Origin: Candidatus Heimdallarchaeota archaeon
GTDB taxonomy: Archaea; Asgardarchaeota; Heimdallarchaeia; Heimdallarchaeales; Kariarchaeaceae
Reading direction: 5' to 3'
NCBI GenBank assembly: GCA_030149205.1
Contig: JASBSB010000007.1
Location: forward strand, 601,631 to 633,630
DNA: 32,000 nt
This document shows, piece by piece, positions 1 to 9,340 of the stretch. Made by a program: the position numbers and the translations under genes. The notes under the pieces are model-generated. The model made no database searches. It saw only the letters and a list, made by a program, of their open reading frames with translations, and had not been told where the DNA came from. The stretch's first letter is position 1; every line of letters begins with the position of its first letter.

Positions 1-2
1 CC

Positions 3-881
3 GCAAATCTAGATACGACAACTTTGACAGATGCTAATCACACCATTGAGGTCCGAGGACTTGATGCAGCAGCAAACACTGGAACAGCAACTGGGACTTT
101 CACAGTAAGCAATACTCCACCATCAACTCCTGGTAAATACACCTTCACAGGAACTGTTTCGAGCACATCTCCTGATCAGGTATTTTATTTTAATGTTACC
201 ACAACTGGAACAATCAGTGCAACTCTATCATGGCCAGCAGGTCCTGATGTGGATATGTATCTGTACGCACCTGGTGCAAATGTCTATGGGACTGGGTATG
301 TCACAAGGGCATATACCACCGCAAATCCTGAGACACTTTCCTACTCGGCTACTACAACAGGTAAATGGGCAATCCGTGTCAATTACTACAGTGGAGCATC
401 CGCAAGTTTCACACTTGATGTTACAGTCCCTGTACCTTCAACCACAAAAACCAGTACATTTACTGGAATAGTGTCAAGCGCAACTGTGGATCAAGTCTAT
501 TATTTTGACCTTACGGCAACCGGGACAATCAGTGCAACTCTATCATGGCCAGCAGGTCCTGATGTGGATATGTATCTATACGCCCCTGGTGTTAATGTGT
601 ATGGAACAGGTTATGCAACCCGAGCATACACGACTGCCAATCCAGAGACATTATCTTTCTCAGCCACCACAACAGGCACTTGGGCAATCCGTGTCAATTA
701 CTACAGTGGAGCATCAGCTAGCTTTACTTTAAGTGTTACTTATCCTGTTGCTGCTGCAACTCCTGCTAATGTAGGATCAGTTTATGGGACATCATCAATT
801 ACTGCACAGTTACCTTCTGGTTCCTTTGGAAGTGATATGGTAGGCACCTATAGTCCAGCTGTTATTTGGAATTACATCTAA
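3..881 (+). CDS. 3' part of a secreted/surface protein (gene begins upstream of the window): end of an Ig-like domain plus two tandem PPC-like (pre-peptidase C-terminal) beta-sandwich domains; possibly a protease
   Basis: Frame is open from position 3 with no stop before the TTG at 24. TIEVRGLDAAANTG resembles the end of an Ig-like module. The two repeats carry the PPC-like pattern TLSW..GPDVDMYLYAP...NPET...GxWAIRVNYYSG. Thr/Ser/Gly-rich. Confidence 0.7.
   Translation, partial: ANLDTTTLTDANHTIEVRGLDAAANTGTATGTFTVSNTPPSTPGKYTFTGTVSSTSPDQVFYFNVTTTGTISATLSWPAGPDVDMYLYAPGANVYGTGYVTRAYTTANPETLSYSATTTGKWAIRVNYYSGASASFTLDVTVPVPSTTKTSTFTGIVSSATVDQVYYFDLTATGTISATLSWPAGPDVDMYLYAPGVNVYGTGYATRAYTTANPETLSFSATTTGTWAIRVNYYSGASASFTLSVTYPVAAATPANVGSVYGTSSITAQLPSGSFGSDMVGTYSPAVIWNYI
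141..746 (+). repeat. Intragenic tandem duplication, two copies (141-431 and 456-746), period 315 bp / 105 aa
   Basis: Direct alignment: identical blocks 210-262 = 525-577 (53 bp) and 366-400 = 681-715 (35 bp). Confidence 0.95.
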
Positions 882-944
882 GAATCCTGTAGAATTTAAA
901 TAAAATCAAACTATTAATATAAACAAAATAAACTTAATAATTAT

Positions 945-1832
945 GTGAATGACATTATAGAAATCAATATGGTAAATTTACGTTTTTTTTGGAATTATGT
1001 CGATGAAAGATACCTCATTCTTCACAAAAGAAAGCAAGGTCACCTTCCACCATGGACTGAGGATTCAATTTTGCGAAAATACAAATTCACCAATGTGTTT
1101 AGACGTGATGATCCGGGGACTCAATTTGTTCTTAACAAAATTATTCCCTTTTATACAGAGGATATACAAAATCTCTTATTTAACATAATTCTTTATAGAC
1201 TTTTTAACAAGATTGAAACTTACGAGCTTATAGGTGGTCAAAACCATAAAAAATTCGATAAGCTAGAAATTAGGCATGCCCTTGAAGAAACAAGGCACCC
1301 TGTCTTTACGAATGCATTTATAGTTTCTCCTTATAATTTTTTGAAAGAAGAAGGTACTAAAATTGCTCGAGTTGTTAAGTTGTTGGAACTTATAGCCAAA
1401 GATATTCCTATTGTAACAGAAAAAATCATAAGGAACAGAGCGTCAGAAGTTACCTACTCTGTTCTCAAATCCTTACCGGGAATAGGTGAATTTCTTGCAT
1501 ATCAAATTTGCGTGGACCTCGGCTATTATTCACATGAATTTTATGATGAAAACAAACATGTGGTTGCAGGAAAAGGGGCTTTAAATGGTCTTAACTTTCT
1601 ATTCCCTAATTCATTTAAGCGTCATTCAACATATCTCATAAAATTTTTAGTTGATACACAATCTTATTGGCTTAGAAGACTTTCTCAATCTAATTCTCCC
1701 CTTATCAGAGACTATGGATATAAACCCTTGAATTTAATGGCAGTAGAAAACTGTCTCTGTGAGATTTCTAAGTATCTCAAGGCATTGTATGGATTGGGGC
1801 GTCCCCGTGTAAGGTATAAAATCAAGTATTAA
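945..1832 (+). CDS. aGPT-Pplase1-family protein (alpha-glutamyl/putrescinyl-thymine pyrophosphorylase clade 1; HhH-glycosylase-like DNA base hypermodification family)
   Basis: N-terminal PWTEDSILRKYKFTNVFRRDD, central YRLFNKIET, HhH-like LPGIGEFLAYQI, GKGALNGL and C-terminal ENCLCEISKY match my recollection of the family signature. The start may be GTG 945 or ATG 969. Confidence 0.75.
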   Translation: MNDIIEINMVNLRFFWNYVDERYLILHKRKQGHLPPWTEDSILRKYKFTNVFRRDDPGTQFVLNKIIPFYTEDIQNLLFNIILYRLFNKIETYELIGGQNHKKFDKLEIRHALEETRHPVFTNAFIVSPYNFLKEEGTKIARVVKLLELIAKDIPIVTEKIIRNRASEVTYSVLKSLPGIGEFLAYQICVDLGYYSHEFYDENKHVVAGKGALNGLNFLFPNSFKRHSTYLIKFLVDTQSYWLRRLSQSNSPLIRDYGYKPLNLMAVENCLCEISKYLKALYGLGRPRVRYKIKY

Positions 1833-1864
1833 CTGATACTCATCTTTGGTATTATCGAGTGTTA

Positions 1865-1870
1865 TTTAAA
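1865..1870 (+). promoter_or_regulatory. Putative archaeal TATA box for the TPR-longin gene
   Basis: TTTAAA ends 20 bp upstream of ATG 1891, consistent with a short-leader transcript. The AT-rich background lowers specificity. Confidence 0.35.
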
Positions 1871-1890
1871 CCTGCAAACATAGGTAATAT

Positions 1891-3738
1891 ATGGAGCAGC
1901 TTCAGATCGTAAAGGATTTGATTGGGGCTGATAAACTTAGTGAGGCAGAGAAAAAGCTAAATGTAATCCAAGATCAGATTTCTGAGTTTGAATATATTAA
2001 CCAAGTCTCAATCATTCAAGAAAAAAGAGGGTTAAATGATGACCTTTTCAAATCTGCTCTGAAGCTATATGAACTTGCACAGCATTCTAAACTTGATGCT
2101 GAACTACTACAATCCTATATTCGGTTGATCTATGCCAATTGGAGGCTAGACAAACTTGAAGAAGCCCAGTCGTTTATAGATCTAGGGGTTAAATTACTAG
2201 ATGGGGCAAATGATGATACATTACTTCCATTAGCTGGGGAACTCTATTACCTTGCGGGAGTAATTAATCATGTTATGGGAGAGTCACTGGTTTTGATCAA
2301 AAGTTGGTTTGATAAATCTTTAGAGATTAGGCTTGAACTCGATGATGAACTGTTGTTATCATATACCTTAAATGCTCTTGCAATCGTTGAAGAGGACTTA
2401 GGGAATATTAGAGCAGCTATTTCCTATTATTTGAGTAGTCTGGAAATAAAAGAAAAGTATTCTAACAGCTTGGGACTTGCCCGGGGTTATTTTAATTTGG
2501 CTCAATTATATATCTCTACAGGAGACCTGAATAGAGCGAGAGAATTAGTTCCTAGGGTGGAGGAATTTTATTCTAAAGTTGAGCATAAAACAGAGAGGCG
2601 GATGGTTCGCGAATTGAAGGCTCAAATTGCATATCAATCTGGTGACATTAAATCTGCTATTAATGAAAGAAAAACCAAAATCAATATTGCAGGTTTAAAA
2701 CCTGATACGGATCAATATTTCGCTGAACTGCAAAAGTTGATAGATCCTTATATGTTGTTAGGACAGCGATATGACGCAGAAAAGATATTACAAGAGATAG
2801 CAAACTTCTACAATTCTGATGAGAGTAAGTTAACATATTTATTAGCATTACAATCCTATTATGCAAATCATCCATCTACTCGTGAAAAGCTTAAATCGAA
2901 ACCGATAGCCTACAAAATCTTAAACCATAAAGATTCTGGCAATTATTTGAAAATAAATACAATCTATACTATTTTGACTGTAACTTTTTTGGAGATTTCC
3001 TTATTTTCAGAACCTGAGAAGATTCAAGAGGTGAGGGGACTTCTTAACAAATTGGAAGATTATTTTATTCAACCAACCATTCATGTTAAGGTAATAAGAG
3101 ACTATATTTTAGGAAAAATAGCTTATTTTGACCAAAATTCACTTGAAATGCAATATAGATATAACAAAGCGCAAAAGTTAGCAGAAAAGAATGGACTGAC
3201 TGCCCTTGCAACACAGATTTCGAAGGATTTCTACTCAAACACGGTTCATCTGTCTCCAGAGATGAACAATGCATTTTCTGCCAACCATAACCAAACAAGG
3301 TACTTTGGTTCTGATCTTCAGTCTCTTAATTTAATCAGACCATTAAGGATATCTGAGCCACCTCGAGCATTTTACATTATTGACTCATCTGGATTGTTAA
3401 GATACCAAAAAAATTTTAGCATGAATCTAAAAGTGAGTTCTTCTCTATTTTCAGCTTTCATAACGGCTATCAAGCAATTCGGTGAGGAAGCATTAGAATC
3501 AGACCAGTTGAAGCGAATATGGATTGAAAATTACGTAATTGTATTCGATCAATGGGAGCAACTGACTCTTTGTCTTATCGTAGGGGGAAACTCATCAAAC
3601 TTGGAGGAGAAAATCAGAAGATTTAAAGAAAAAATCGATAACGATCTGGAACTAAAAGAGTTGCTTATCAACTCTAAATCAAAAATCATCTCTAATGACA
3701 AATTGGAGCTTCTCTCAGAATCAATTTTTATTCGCTAA
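1891..3738 (+). CDS. TPR-repeat protein with C-terminal longin-like domain
   Basis: TPR-like helices (LSYTLNALAIVEEDLGNIRAAISYYLSSLEI; LARGYFNLAQLYISTGDLNRARE). C-terminal ~125 aa (from ~3358) follow the longin pattern FYIIDSSGLLRY...SLFSAFITAIKQFGEE...LKRIWIENYVIVF...LTLCLIV. Confidence 0.7.
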   Translation: MEQLQIVKDLIGADKLSEAEKKLNVIQDQISEFEYINQVSIIQEKRGLNDDLFKSALKLYELAQHSKLDAELLQSYIRLIYANWRLDKLEEAQSFIDLGVKLLDGANDDTLLPLAGELYYLAGVINHVMGESLVLIKSWFDKSLEIRLELDDELLLSYTLNALAIVEEDLGNIRAAISYYLSSLEIKEKYSNSLGLARGYFNLAQLYISTGDLNRARELVPRVEEFYSKVEHKTERRMVRELKAQIAYQSGDIKSAINERKTKINIAGLKPDTDQYFAELQKLIDPYMLLGQRYDAEKILQEIANFYNSDESKLTYLLALQSYYANHPSTREKLKSKPIAYKILNHKDSGNYLKINTIYTILTVTFLEISLFSEPEKIQEVRGLLNKLEDYFIQPTIHVKVIRDYILGKIAYFDQNSLEMQYRYNKAQKLAEKNGLTALATQISKDFYSNTVHLSPEMNNAFSANHNQTRYFGSDLQSLNLIRPLRISEPPRAFYIIDSSGLLRYQKNFSMNLKVSSSLFSAFITAIKQFGEEALESDQLKRIWIENYVIVFDQWEQLTLCLIVGGNSSNLEEKIRRFKEKIDNDLELKELLINSKSKIISNDKLELLSESIFIR

Positions 3739-3790
3739 TTATAATTGCCTAAATTAATTGAATGATGATTTTATTATATTATTATGTGTT

Positions 3791-5119
3791 CTATTTATCA
3801 TTAAATTTGTGCCAGAAGTGCTGTGCCTCTTGCCATCCGATATCCTTTCTATAATGAAGGTTATTTCCTTCTATAAAAATTTTTGATATTTCTCTGTAAA
3901 TCTTTGATCTGAGATCGATGATGTCTTCTCCTTGTGCAACAAGGCTAAAGAGTCTCCCCCCATTAACAGTTGGTAAAGGGTCGAGTGCTATACCTCCACT
4001 GTAGAGAGAGACATTGTTTGCAACCTTTTCTAACCCATAGATCTGTTTGCCTTTGACATTTCTATAGTCTCCAGGATATCCTTTTGAAGCTCCTACAACA
4101 CAGAGTCGTTTGATTTCGTCGTGAAACTTCTGTGATTGTGTAAGGTTTCCTTTAATACATCTCTCTATCATCTCATAATATGATCCTAGAATACCCGGAA
4201 TAACCACCTGACTTTCAGGGTCTCCCCACCTGGCATTGTATTCAATCGCTTTGATCTCCCCTGAGGGTAGAACTATCCCACTGAAGTATAATATCCCAAC
4301 AAAAGGTTCTCCTTCATCTTTTAATCCCTTGATAACTGGTTGTACAAATACTTTCACAATTTCATCAATGCGGTTCTTAACTATATATGGGTGAGAGATT
4401 GACCCCATTCCCCCAGTTTGTTCACCCGTATCGAAATCATCTGCCAATTTAAAATCTTGAGCAGGTGGGAAAACGATGAAATTTTCACCATCAGATAATG
4501 CATAAACAGAGAATTCCTCTCCAATTAATCCTTCTTCAATAAGAAAGGTTTTTCCGGAATCTCCAAAGTTTTTCATTTTTCGAATATTTTGTTCTGCCTC
4601 TTTGAAGTTCGTTGATTTTAATGCCCCTTTTCCTGCAGCGAGTCCACTCGCTTTGACAAACAGAATTTTATCCTTTTGATTACCGTAAGCTTCAGAAATA
4701 TATTGAAGTGCGTCTTTTTCTGATGTGAATACCTCAAAATTTGGGTGTGGGATGTTATGTGTCTTCATAAATCGTCTTGACCATGCCTTGTCCCACTCTA
4801 TTCTTGCTGAGTTTCGCCTTGGACCAAATACCTTGTATCCATAGGTTTGTAACAGATCAACGGTTCCATGTGCCAGAGCATCATCCTGGGCGACGTCCAC
4901 AAGGTCTGGTTTGTATTTTTCTGCAATTTTTAAAATGCTTTCGGGCTGTTTTAAATTAGAATTTTTCTCAATTATTATAGTTTTATTTCGCTTAAAACCG
5001 ATATAGTCATTCCCTGGGCTTATAATTATTGTGCCGACTTCAGGACTGTTTTCATATGCTTCTGAAAGTACATGTTCTCTGGCTCCGCTCCCCACTATCA
5101 GTACAGTTTTTAAACTCAA
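3791..5119 (-). CDS. purD: Phosphoribosylamine--glycine ligase
   Basis: GSGAREH, LEWDK-like IEWDKAWSR, KASGLAAGKG, TGGMG, EYNARWGDPE, NGGR, YRKDIG. TTG start overlaps the purF stop (TTGA). Confidence 0.97.
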   Translation of the reverse strand: MSLKTVLIVGSGAREHVLSEAYENSPEVGTIIISPGNDYIGFKRNKTIIIEKNSNLKQPESILKIAEKYKPDLVDVAQDDALAHGTVDLLQTYGYKVFGPRRNSARIEWDKAWSRRFMKTHNIPHPNFEVFTSEKDALQYISEAYGNQKDKILFVKASGLAAGKGALKSTNFKEAEQNIRKMKNFGDSGKTFLIEEGLIGEEFSVYALSDGENFIVFPPAQDFKLADDFDTGEQTGGMGSISHPYIVKNRIDEIVKVFVQPVIKGLKDEGEPFVGILYFSGIVLPSGEIKAIEYNARWGDPESQVVIPGILGSYYEMIERCIKGNLTQSQKFHDEIKRLCVVGASKGYPGDYRNVKGKQIYGLEKVANNVSLYSGGIALDPLPTVNGGRLFSLVAQGEDIIDLRSKIYREISKIFIEGNNLHYRKDIGWQEAQHFWHKFNDK

Positions 5120-6513
5120 CTTACTCCACTTCCATTGACCTTGAGCAAAAACGCTCTCTCACTAATCTCTTTGAGTTGCTCACCAAAGGGTGTAGGGTAG
5201 TTTCCATCAATACATGCATAACAGGCTTCTAACCCCTTCAAAGAGGTTTTTAACCCATCTAATGATAAGTAAGTCAAGCTGCTTGCATTGATTTCCTCTT
5301 TTATTTCACTCTCAGATTTTTCAGCTGCAATAAGTTCACCTCTGGTTGGAAAATCCACTCCATAGTAACAGGCTTGCGAAATGGGTGGACTTGTGATAGC
5401 AACATGAACCTCATTAGCTCCTTTTTGTTTTAGCAACTTTATAAGATATTTTAAGGTTAACCCTCTAACTATTGAGTCATCAATTAATAGCAAATTCTTA
5501 CCTTCTATTAAGCTGTCAATAAAGAGGTATTTTTCCATTGCTGCTTTAATTCTTGTTTCAACTGTTGGCATGATGAAGGTTCGTTTTGATGATCTGTTCT
5601 TGATAATTGCATCTCGAAGGGGAATCTGTAATATTTCTGAAATTGGCTGTGCTGCTGTCTTTGAGGTGTCAGGAACAGGGACAACGTAGTCTGCTTTAAT
5701 GTTTCTCTCCTTAAGTTGAAGAGCCAGTTCCTCCCCTAATGCGATCCTTGTTTGATAAACGCTGATATCTTCAATTTTAGAGGCAGCCGAAGCAAAATAG
5801 ATGTATTCGAACATACAGTGAGTGTGTTCTTTACTCGTTACCAATTCTACTGGTCTACTTTGTAATCCTGAAAATAGAATATAATTTCCGGGTTCAAGAA
5901 CTGAAATGCTATCAAATCCGGCCTGTTGTAAAACCACAGACTCTGATGCCACTAGACAGAAGTTTTCATTTTGTGCATAGACTATGGGTCGGATACCTCG
6001 TGGATCTCTAAAAGCAAACAATTTGTCTCCAATTATCCCCACACAAGAGTAAGCACCATCCATGGTGAGCATTAATTCCTTGATAGATTCCTCCAAGGAT
6101 TTACCTTGATTGATGAGTTTTCCCAAGAGATGTGTAATTAACTCTGCATCACTGCTGTATTCTTTGTCGCTTAATTGACTCATATTTAAAATTTGACCAT
6201 TATGTGCCAGAGACAATGAACCAAGTCTGGTTTGAAAGCTAAATGGCTGTGCAAATTTATTTGTGGCTGATCCTCCGGTTCTGTCTCCATAAGTGGGATA
6301 CCTGGTACTACCAATAATTGCTGTCGATATGTCAGCTCTATCTATATTGATAAACTTTGGTTCAGACTTTACCTTTGAGTCTCTGTGAATTCCATACTCA
6401 TCCACCCAAGCAAGCCCAGAAGCGTCCTGTCCTCTGTGGACTAGTAATTGTAGTAGGTTTTGAGCAGTATTTAGTTGCATTTCTTTTCCACATATTCCAA
6501 TAATACCACACAT
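5116..6513 (-). CDS. purF: Amidophosphoribosyltransferase (Fe-S type)
   Basis: N-terminal MCGIIG nucleophile, HRGQD, HNG, RDPRGIRP, VPVPD, DDSIVRG. Four Fe-S Cys: CMFEYIYF, CYYGVD, CYAC. Confidence 0.97.
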   Translation of the reverse strand: MCGIIGICGKEMQLNTAQNLLQLLVHRGQDASGLAWVDEYGIHRDSKVKSEPKFINIDRADISTAIIGSTRYPTYGDRTGGSATNKFAQPFSFQTRLGSLSLAHNGQILNMSQLSDKEYSSDAELITHLLGKLINQGKSLEESIKELMLTMDGAYSCVGIIGDKLFAFRDPRGIRPIVYAQNENFCLVASESVVLQQAGFDSISVLEPGNYILFSGLQSRPVELVTSKEHTHCMFEYIYFASAASKIEDISVYQTRIALGEELALQLKERNIKADYVVPVPDTSKTAAQPISEILQIPLRDAIIKNRSSKRTFIMPTVETRIKAAMEKYLFIDSLIEGKNLLLIDDSIVRGLTLKYLIKLLKQKGANEVHVAITSPPISQACYYGVDFPTRGELIAAEKSESEIKEEINASSLTYLSLDGLKTSLKGLEACYACIDGNYPTPFGEQLKEISERAFLLKVNGSGVS

Positions 6514-6514
6514 G

Positions 6515-7114
6515 TCAGTTTTCCCCCTTATTCACTTCATTTTGCAATTTTTCCTCTGCAAGTCTTTCCACAACTCTAGGGAGGAGTGTATGTTCAACCT
6601 GAAGAATTTTATGCGTAAGTGTCTCAAGAGAGTCAGTACCTAAAATATGTACACATTCTTGATCAATAATTGATCCACTATCAAGTTCTTCAGTAACGAG
6701 GTGAACAGTTGCTCCAGTGACCTTAACACCATATTCAAATGCTTGCTTTTGTGCATTTAACCCCTTAAAGGCTGGTAGGAGACTTGGGTGAATGTTTATA
6801 ATTTTGTTCCTGAACGTACTAAGAAACTCTCCACCTATGATTCTCATGTAACCAGCCAGAACTATGAGATCTAAGTCATACTTTGTTAGTTCTTTTAGGA
6901 TCTCTTTTTCATGATCATCCCTATTTGTAAATTTATTGTGGGGGATACATCTGGAATTTATTCCAAATTCTGAAGCCCGTCTTAATATTGGGGCTCCATC
7001 TATGTTAGAGATAACAACCTTAATTGAAATGGGTAGATCTTTAGTCTTAATGTATTCTGCGAGAGCTACGAAATTTGACCCTCTTCCTGAACCAAGAACT
7101 GCGATATTAAACAT
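6515..7114 (-). CDS. purN: Phosphoribosylglycinamide formyltransferase (folate-dependent)
   Basis: SGRGSN, LAGYMRI, NIHPSLLPAFKG, GATVHLV, LDSG. The start is most likely ATG 7114, overlapping the folD stop; the ORF track starts at 7135. Confidence 0.95.
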   Translation of the reverse strand: MFNIAVLGSGRGSNFVALAEYIKTKDLPISIKVVISNIDGAPILRRASEFGINSRCIPHNKFTNRDDHEKEILKELTKYDLDLIVLAGYMRIIGGEFLSTFRNKIINIHPSLLPAFKGLNAQKQAFEYGVKVTGATVHLVTEELDSGSIIDQECVHILGTDSLETLTHKILQVEHTLLPRVVERLAEEKLQNEVNKGEN

Positions 7115-7964
7115 TTCCATCCCTCTTGTTTGCATGTACTGTGTTTTTTAGTAACATAGCAATTGTCATTGGACCCACACCACCCGGTACAGGTGTTATC
7201 TTTCCTGCTATGGGTGCAACCTCATCAAAGTTTACATCACCTGCTAACTTACCATTGACACGGTTTATTCCTACATCGATAATTACCGCACCTTCTTTAA
7301 CATGTTCTTTTCCTATGATCCCTGCTTTTCCAACAGCAACGATCAGAATATCTGCATCTTTGGTGTATTTAGCAATATCGCGAGTTTTGCTATGACAGAT
7401 TGTGACTGTAGCATTTTCCTCTTCCAAAAGATGTGCGATTGGTCTTCCCACCAGATTGGATCTCCCGATTACCACAGCATGCTTCCCTGGTATATCCACA
7501 TCTGACTGTTTGAGGAGCTCAATTATTCCTTGTGGTGTACAGGGAACAAAGGATCTGTGCCCTGCGAACAATCGTCCAAAGTTGTTTACTGTTAATCCAT
7601 CTACATCTTTTTTTGGAGAGATTAGTTCGAGAGCTCGTTCTTCATTAAGCCCAGAGGGAAGAGGTAATTGAAGGAGTATTCCATCAACCTCCGTATCATT
7701 GTTTAACTTAATAATTGTCTCTTCGAGTGAAGATTGAGAAACATCTGATGGAAGTTTCATAACTCTTGAGGTGATTCCCACGTTCTTTGCTGCTTTTTCT
7801 TTCATCCTCACATAAATCTCTGAAGCTGGGTCGTTACCAACTAGAATTACAGCAAGTGTTGGATGCGATTGACTGTGCTCTAACTCTGTTCGCAAATCAT
7901 TCAATATTTTCTGAGAGATCAATTTTCCATCAATGATGTTGTTTTGTTTAACTTCTTGTATCAT
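7107..7964 (-). CDS. folD: Bifunctional methylene-THF dehydrogenase/cyclohydrolase
   Basis: YVRMK, LLQLPLP, KDVDG, PCTPQG, GRSNLVGRP, TICHSKT, DVGINR, PVPGGVGPMT. Confidence 0.97.
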   Translation of the reverse strand: MIQEVKQNNIIDGKLISQKILNDLRTELEHSQSHPTLAVILVGNDPASEIYVRMKEKAAKNVGITSRVMKLPSDVSQSSLEETIIKLNNDTEVDGILLQLPLPSGLNEERALELISPKKDVDGLTVNNFGRLFAGHRSFVPCTPQGIIELLKQSDVDIPGKHAVVIGRSNLVGRPIAHLLEEENATVTICHSKTRDIAKYTKDADILIVAVGKAGIIGKEHVKEGAVIIDVGINRVNGKLAGDVNFDEVAPIAGKITPVPGGVGPMTIAMLLKNTVHANKRDGNV

Positions 7965-8941
7965 TTTTCTGCCTCCAGTCTGATATCACCTATCTGAATG
8001 GAATTTCCCTCCATAACAGTTCCGATTCGGCTTGTACCATGGAATTTTGAAAGTCTCTCTACTATCTCCTCTGCCTGCTCTCGTGAGACTATTACGATGA
8101 ACCCATATCCCATGTTAAAGGTTGTAAACATTTTCTCTGGAGAAATTAAACCCTTTGCTTGAATTTGTTGAAACACCTCTGGGACTTCCCAACTGTCCAG
8201 ATTATACATGAATTTTCCTAGTCGCAATAAATTTAGATACCCACCTCCAGTTATGTGAGCCATTCCATGTATACTTTGTCTTAAATCTGATCTAAGAAGG
8301 TCTTTAATTGCTTTAACATAAATCGTAGTTGGTTCCAGTAACTCTGGAAACATTTCGTCTTCTTTGAAAAGGTTACGAATCAATGTAAAACCATTAGAGT
8401 GAACACCAGAGGATCTTAAGCCTAAAATGACATCCCCTTGTTGTATTGTAGCTCCTGTGATGGGCTCTCCTCCGTCATATCCACCAATAGCAGTACCTGA
8501 TAAATCATAAAGGTTGTGTGAACCTCGAAGAATATCTGGAAGAATTGCAGTTTCTCCACCTAAAAGTGGAATTTCCGACTCTTTACACCCTTGAATTATG
8601 CCAGAAAGAATTTGATCAATTTTTTCAGAATCAGGTTCTCTTAGTGCCAAGTAATCCACAAACCCCTTTGGAATTGATCCAGAGCAAATAAGATCGTTCA
8701 CATTCATTGCCACACAATCTATACCGATTGTTGCATATGAATTAAATAGTTCAGTTAAGAGAATCTTGGAACCGACGCCGTCAGTTGCAATGCTGATAAG
8801 TTCATCACCTATAGGGATAGCTCCACAATAAAATCCTGATGGAAGCTTATTTTCTGAATGCTTTTGGGATCTGGAAAGAATTTTGCTAACTGCATCATCC
8901 TCCCTTTTCCTAGACTCAAAATAGAGGTCAGAGGTGTCCAT
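7961..8941 (-). CDS. purM: Phosphoribosylformylglycinamidine cyclo-ligase (AIR synthetase)
   Basis: TDGVGSK, GIDCVAMNVND, GGETA, SSGVHSNGF, HITGGG, TFNMG. Confidence 0.95.
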   Translation of the reverse strand: MDTSDLYFESRKREDDAVSKILSRSQKHSENKLPSGFYCGAIPIGDELISIATDGVGSKILLTELFNSYATIGIDCVAMNVNDLICSGSIPKGFVDYLALREPDSEKIDQILSGIIQGCKESEIPLLGGETAILPDILRGSHNLYDLSGTAIGGYDGGEPITGATIQQGDVILGLRSSGVHSNGFTLIRNLFKEDEMFPELLEPTTIYVKAIKDLLRSDLRQSIHGMAHITGGGYLNLLRLGKFMYNLDSWEVPEVFQQIQAKGLISPEKMFTTFNMGYGFIVIVSREQAEEIVERLSKFHGTSRIGTVMEGNSIQIGDIRLEAEK

Positions 8942-9340
8942 CTAATTCTCCTTTACCTTTAATATTCTAACAGCAAGATGGGCTGCATTTTGTCCATTAT
9001 CTATCCCTACAGCTGCCACAGGGACACCTTTTGGCATCTGAGCAATAGAGAGGAGAGCATCTAGTCCTCCCAGCTTTGATGAAACTGGCACTCCAATCAC
9101 AGGTTTATCTGTTTTTGAAGCGACTACTCCTGGTAGTGCTGCTGACAGACCTGCGATACAGATAAACACATCTGTCTCGACCTGATCCTTAATAATCTGG
9201 TCTAATCTGTCTGGTTCTCTATGAGCAGAAGCTACAAATACCTTGTATTCAACTGAGTGCTCATCAAGAACACTAATCACCTTATCAATTACATTTTGGT
9301 CGCTTTTTGACCCTGCTAATACACACACCTGTCCCTTCAT
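8942..9340 (-). CDS. purE: AIR carboxylase / N5-CAIR mutase
   Basis: [39 protein letters not shown]. Confidence 0.95.
   Translation of the reverse strand: MKGQVCVLAGSKSDQNVIDKVISVLDEHSVEYKVFVASAHREPDRLDQIIKDQVETDVFICIAGLSAALPGVVASKTDKPVIGVPVSSKLGGLDALLSIAQMPKGVPVAAVGIDNGQNAAHLAVRILKVKEN

Noticed and set aside
945-1832. Endonuclease III/MutY glycosylase, or marker of a prophage
   Set aside because: No C-terminal four-Cys Fe-S motif is present and the motifs fit aGPT-Pplase1 better. No integrase, capsid, terminase or att-like repeats were seen nearby.
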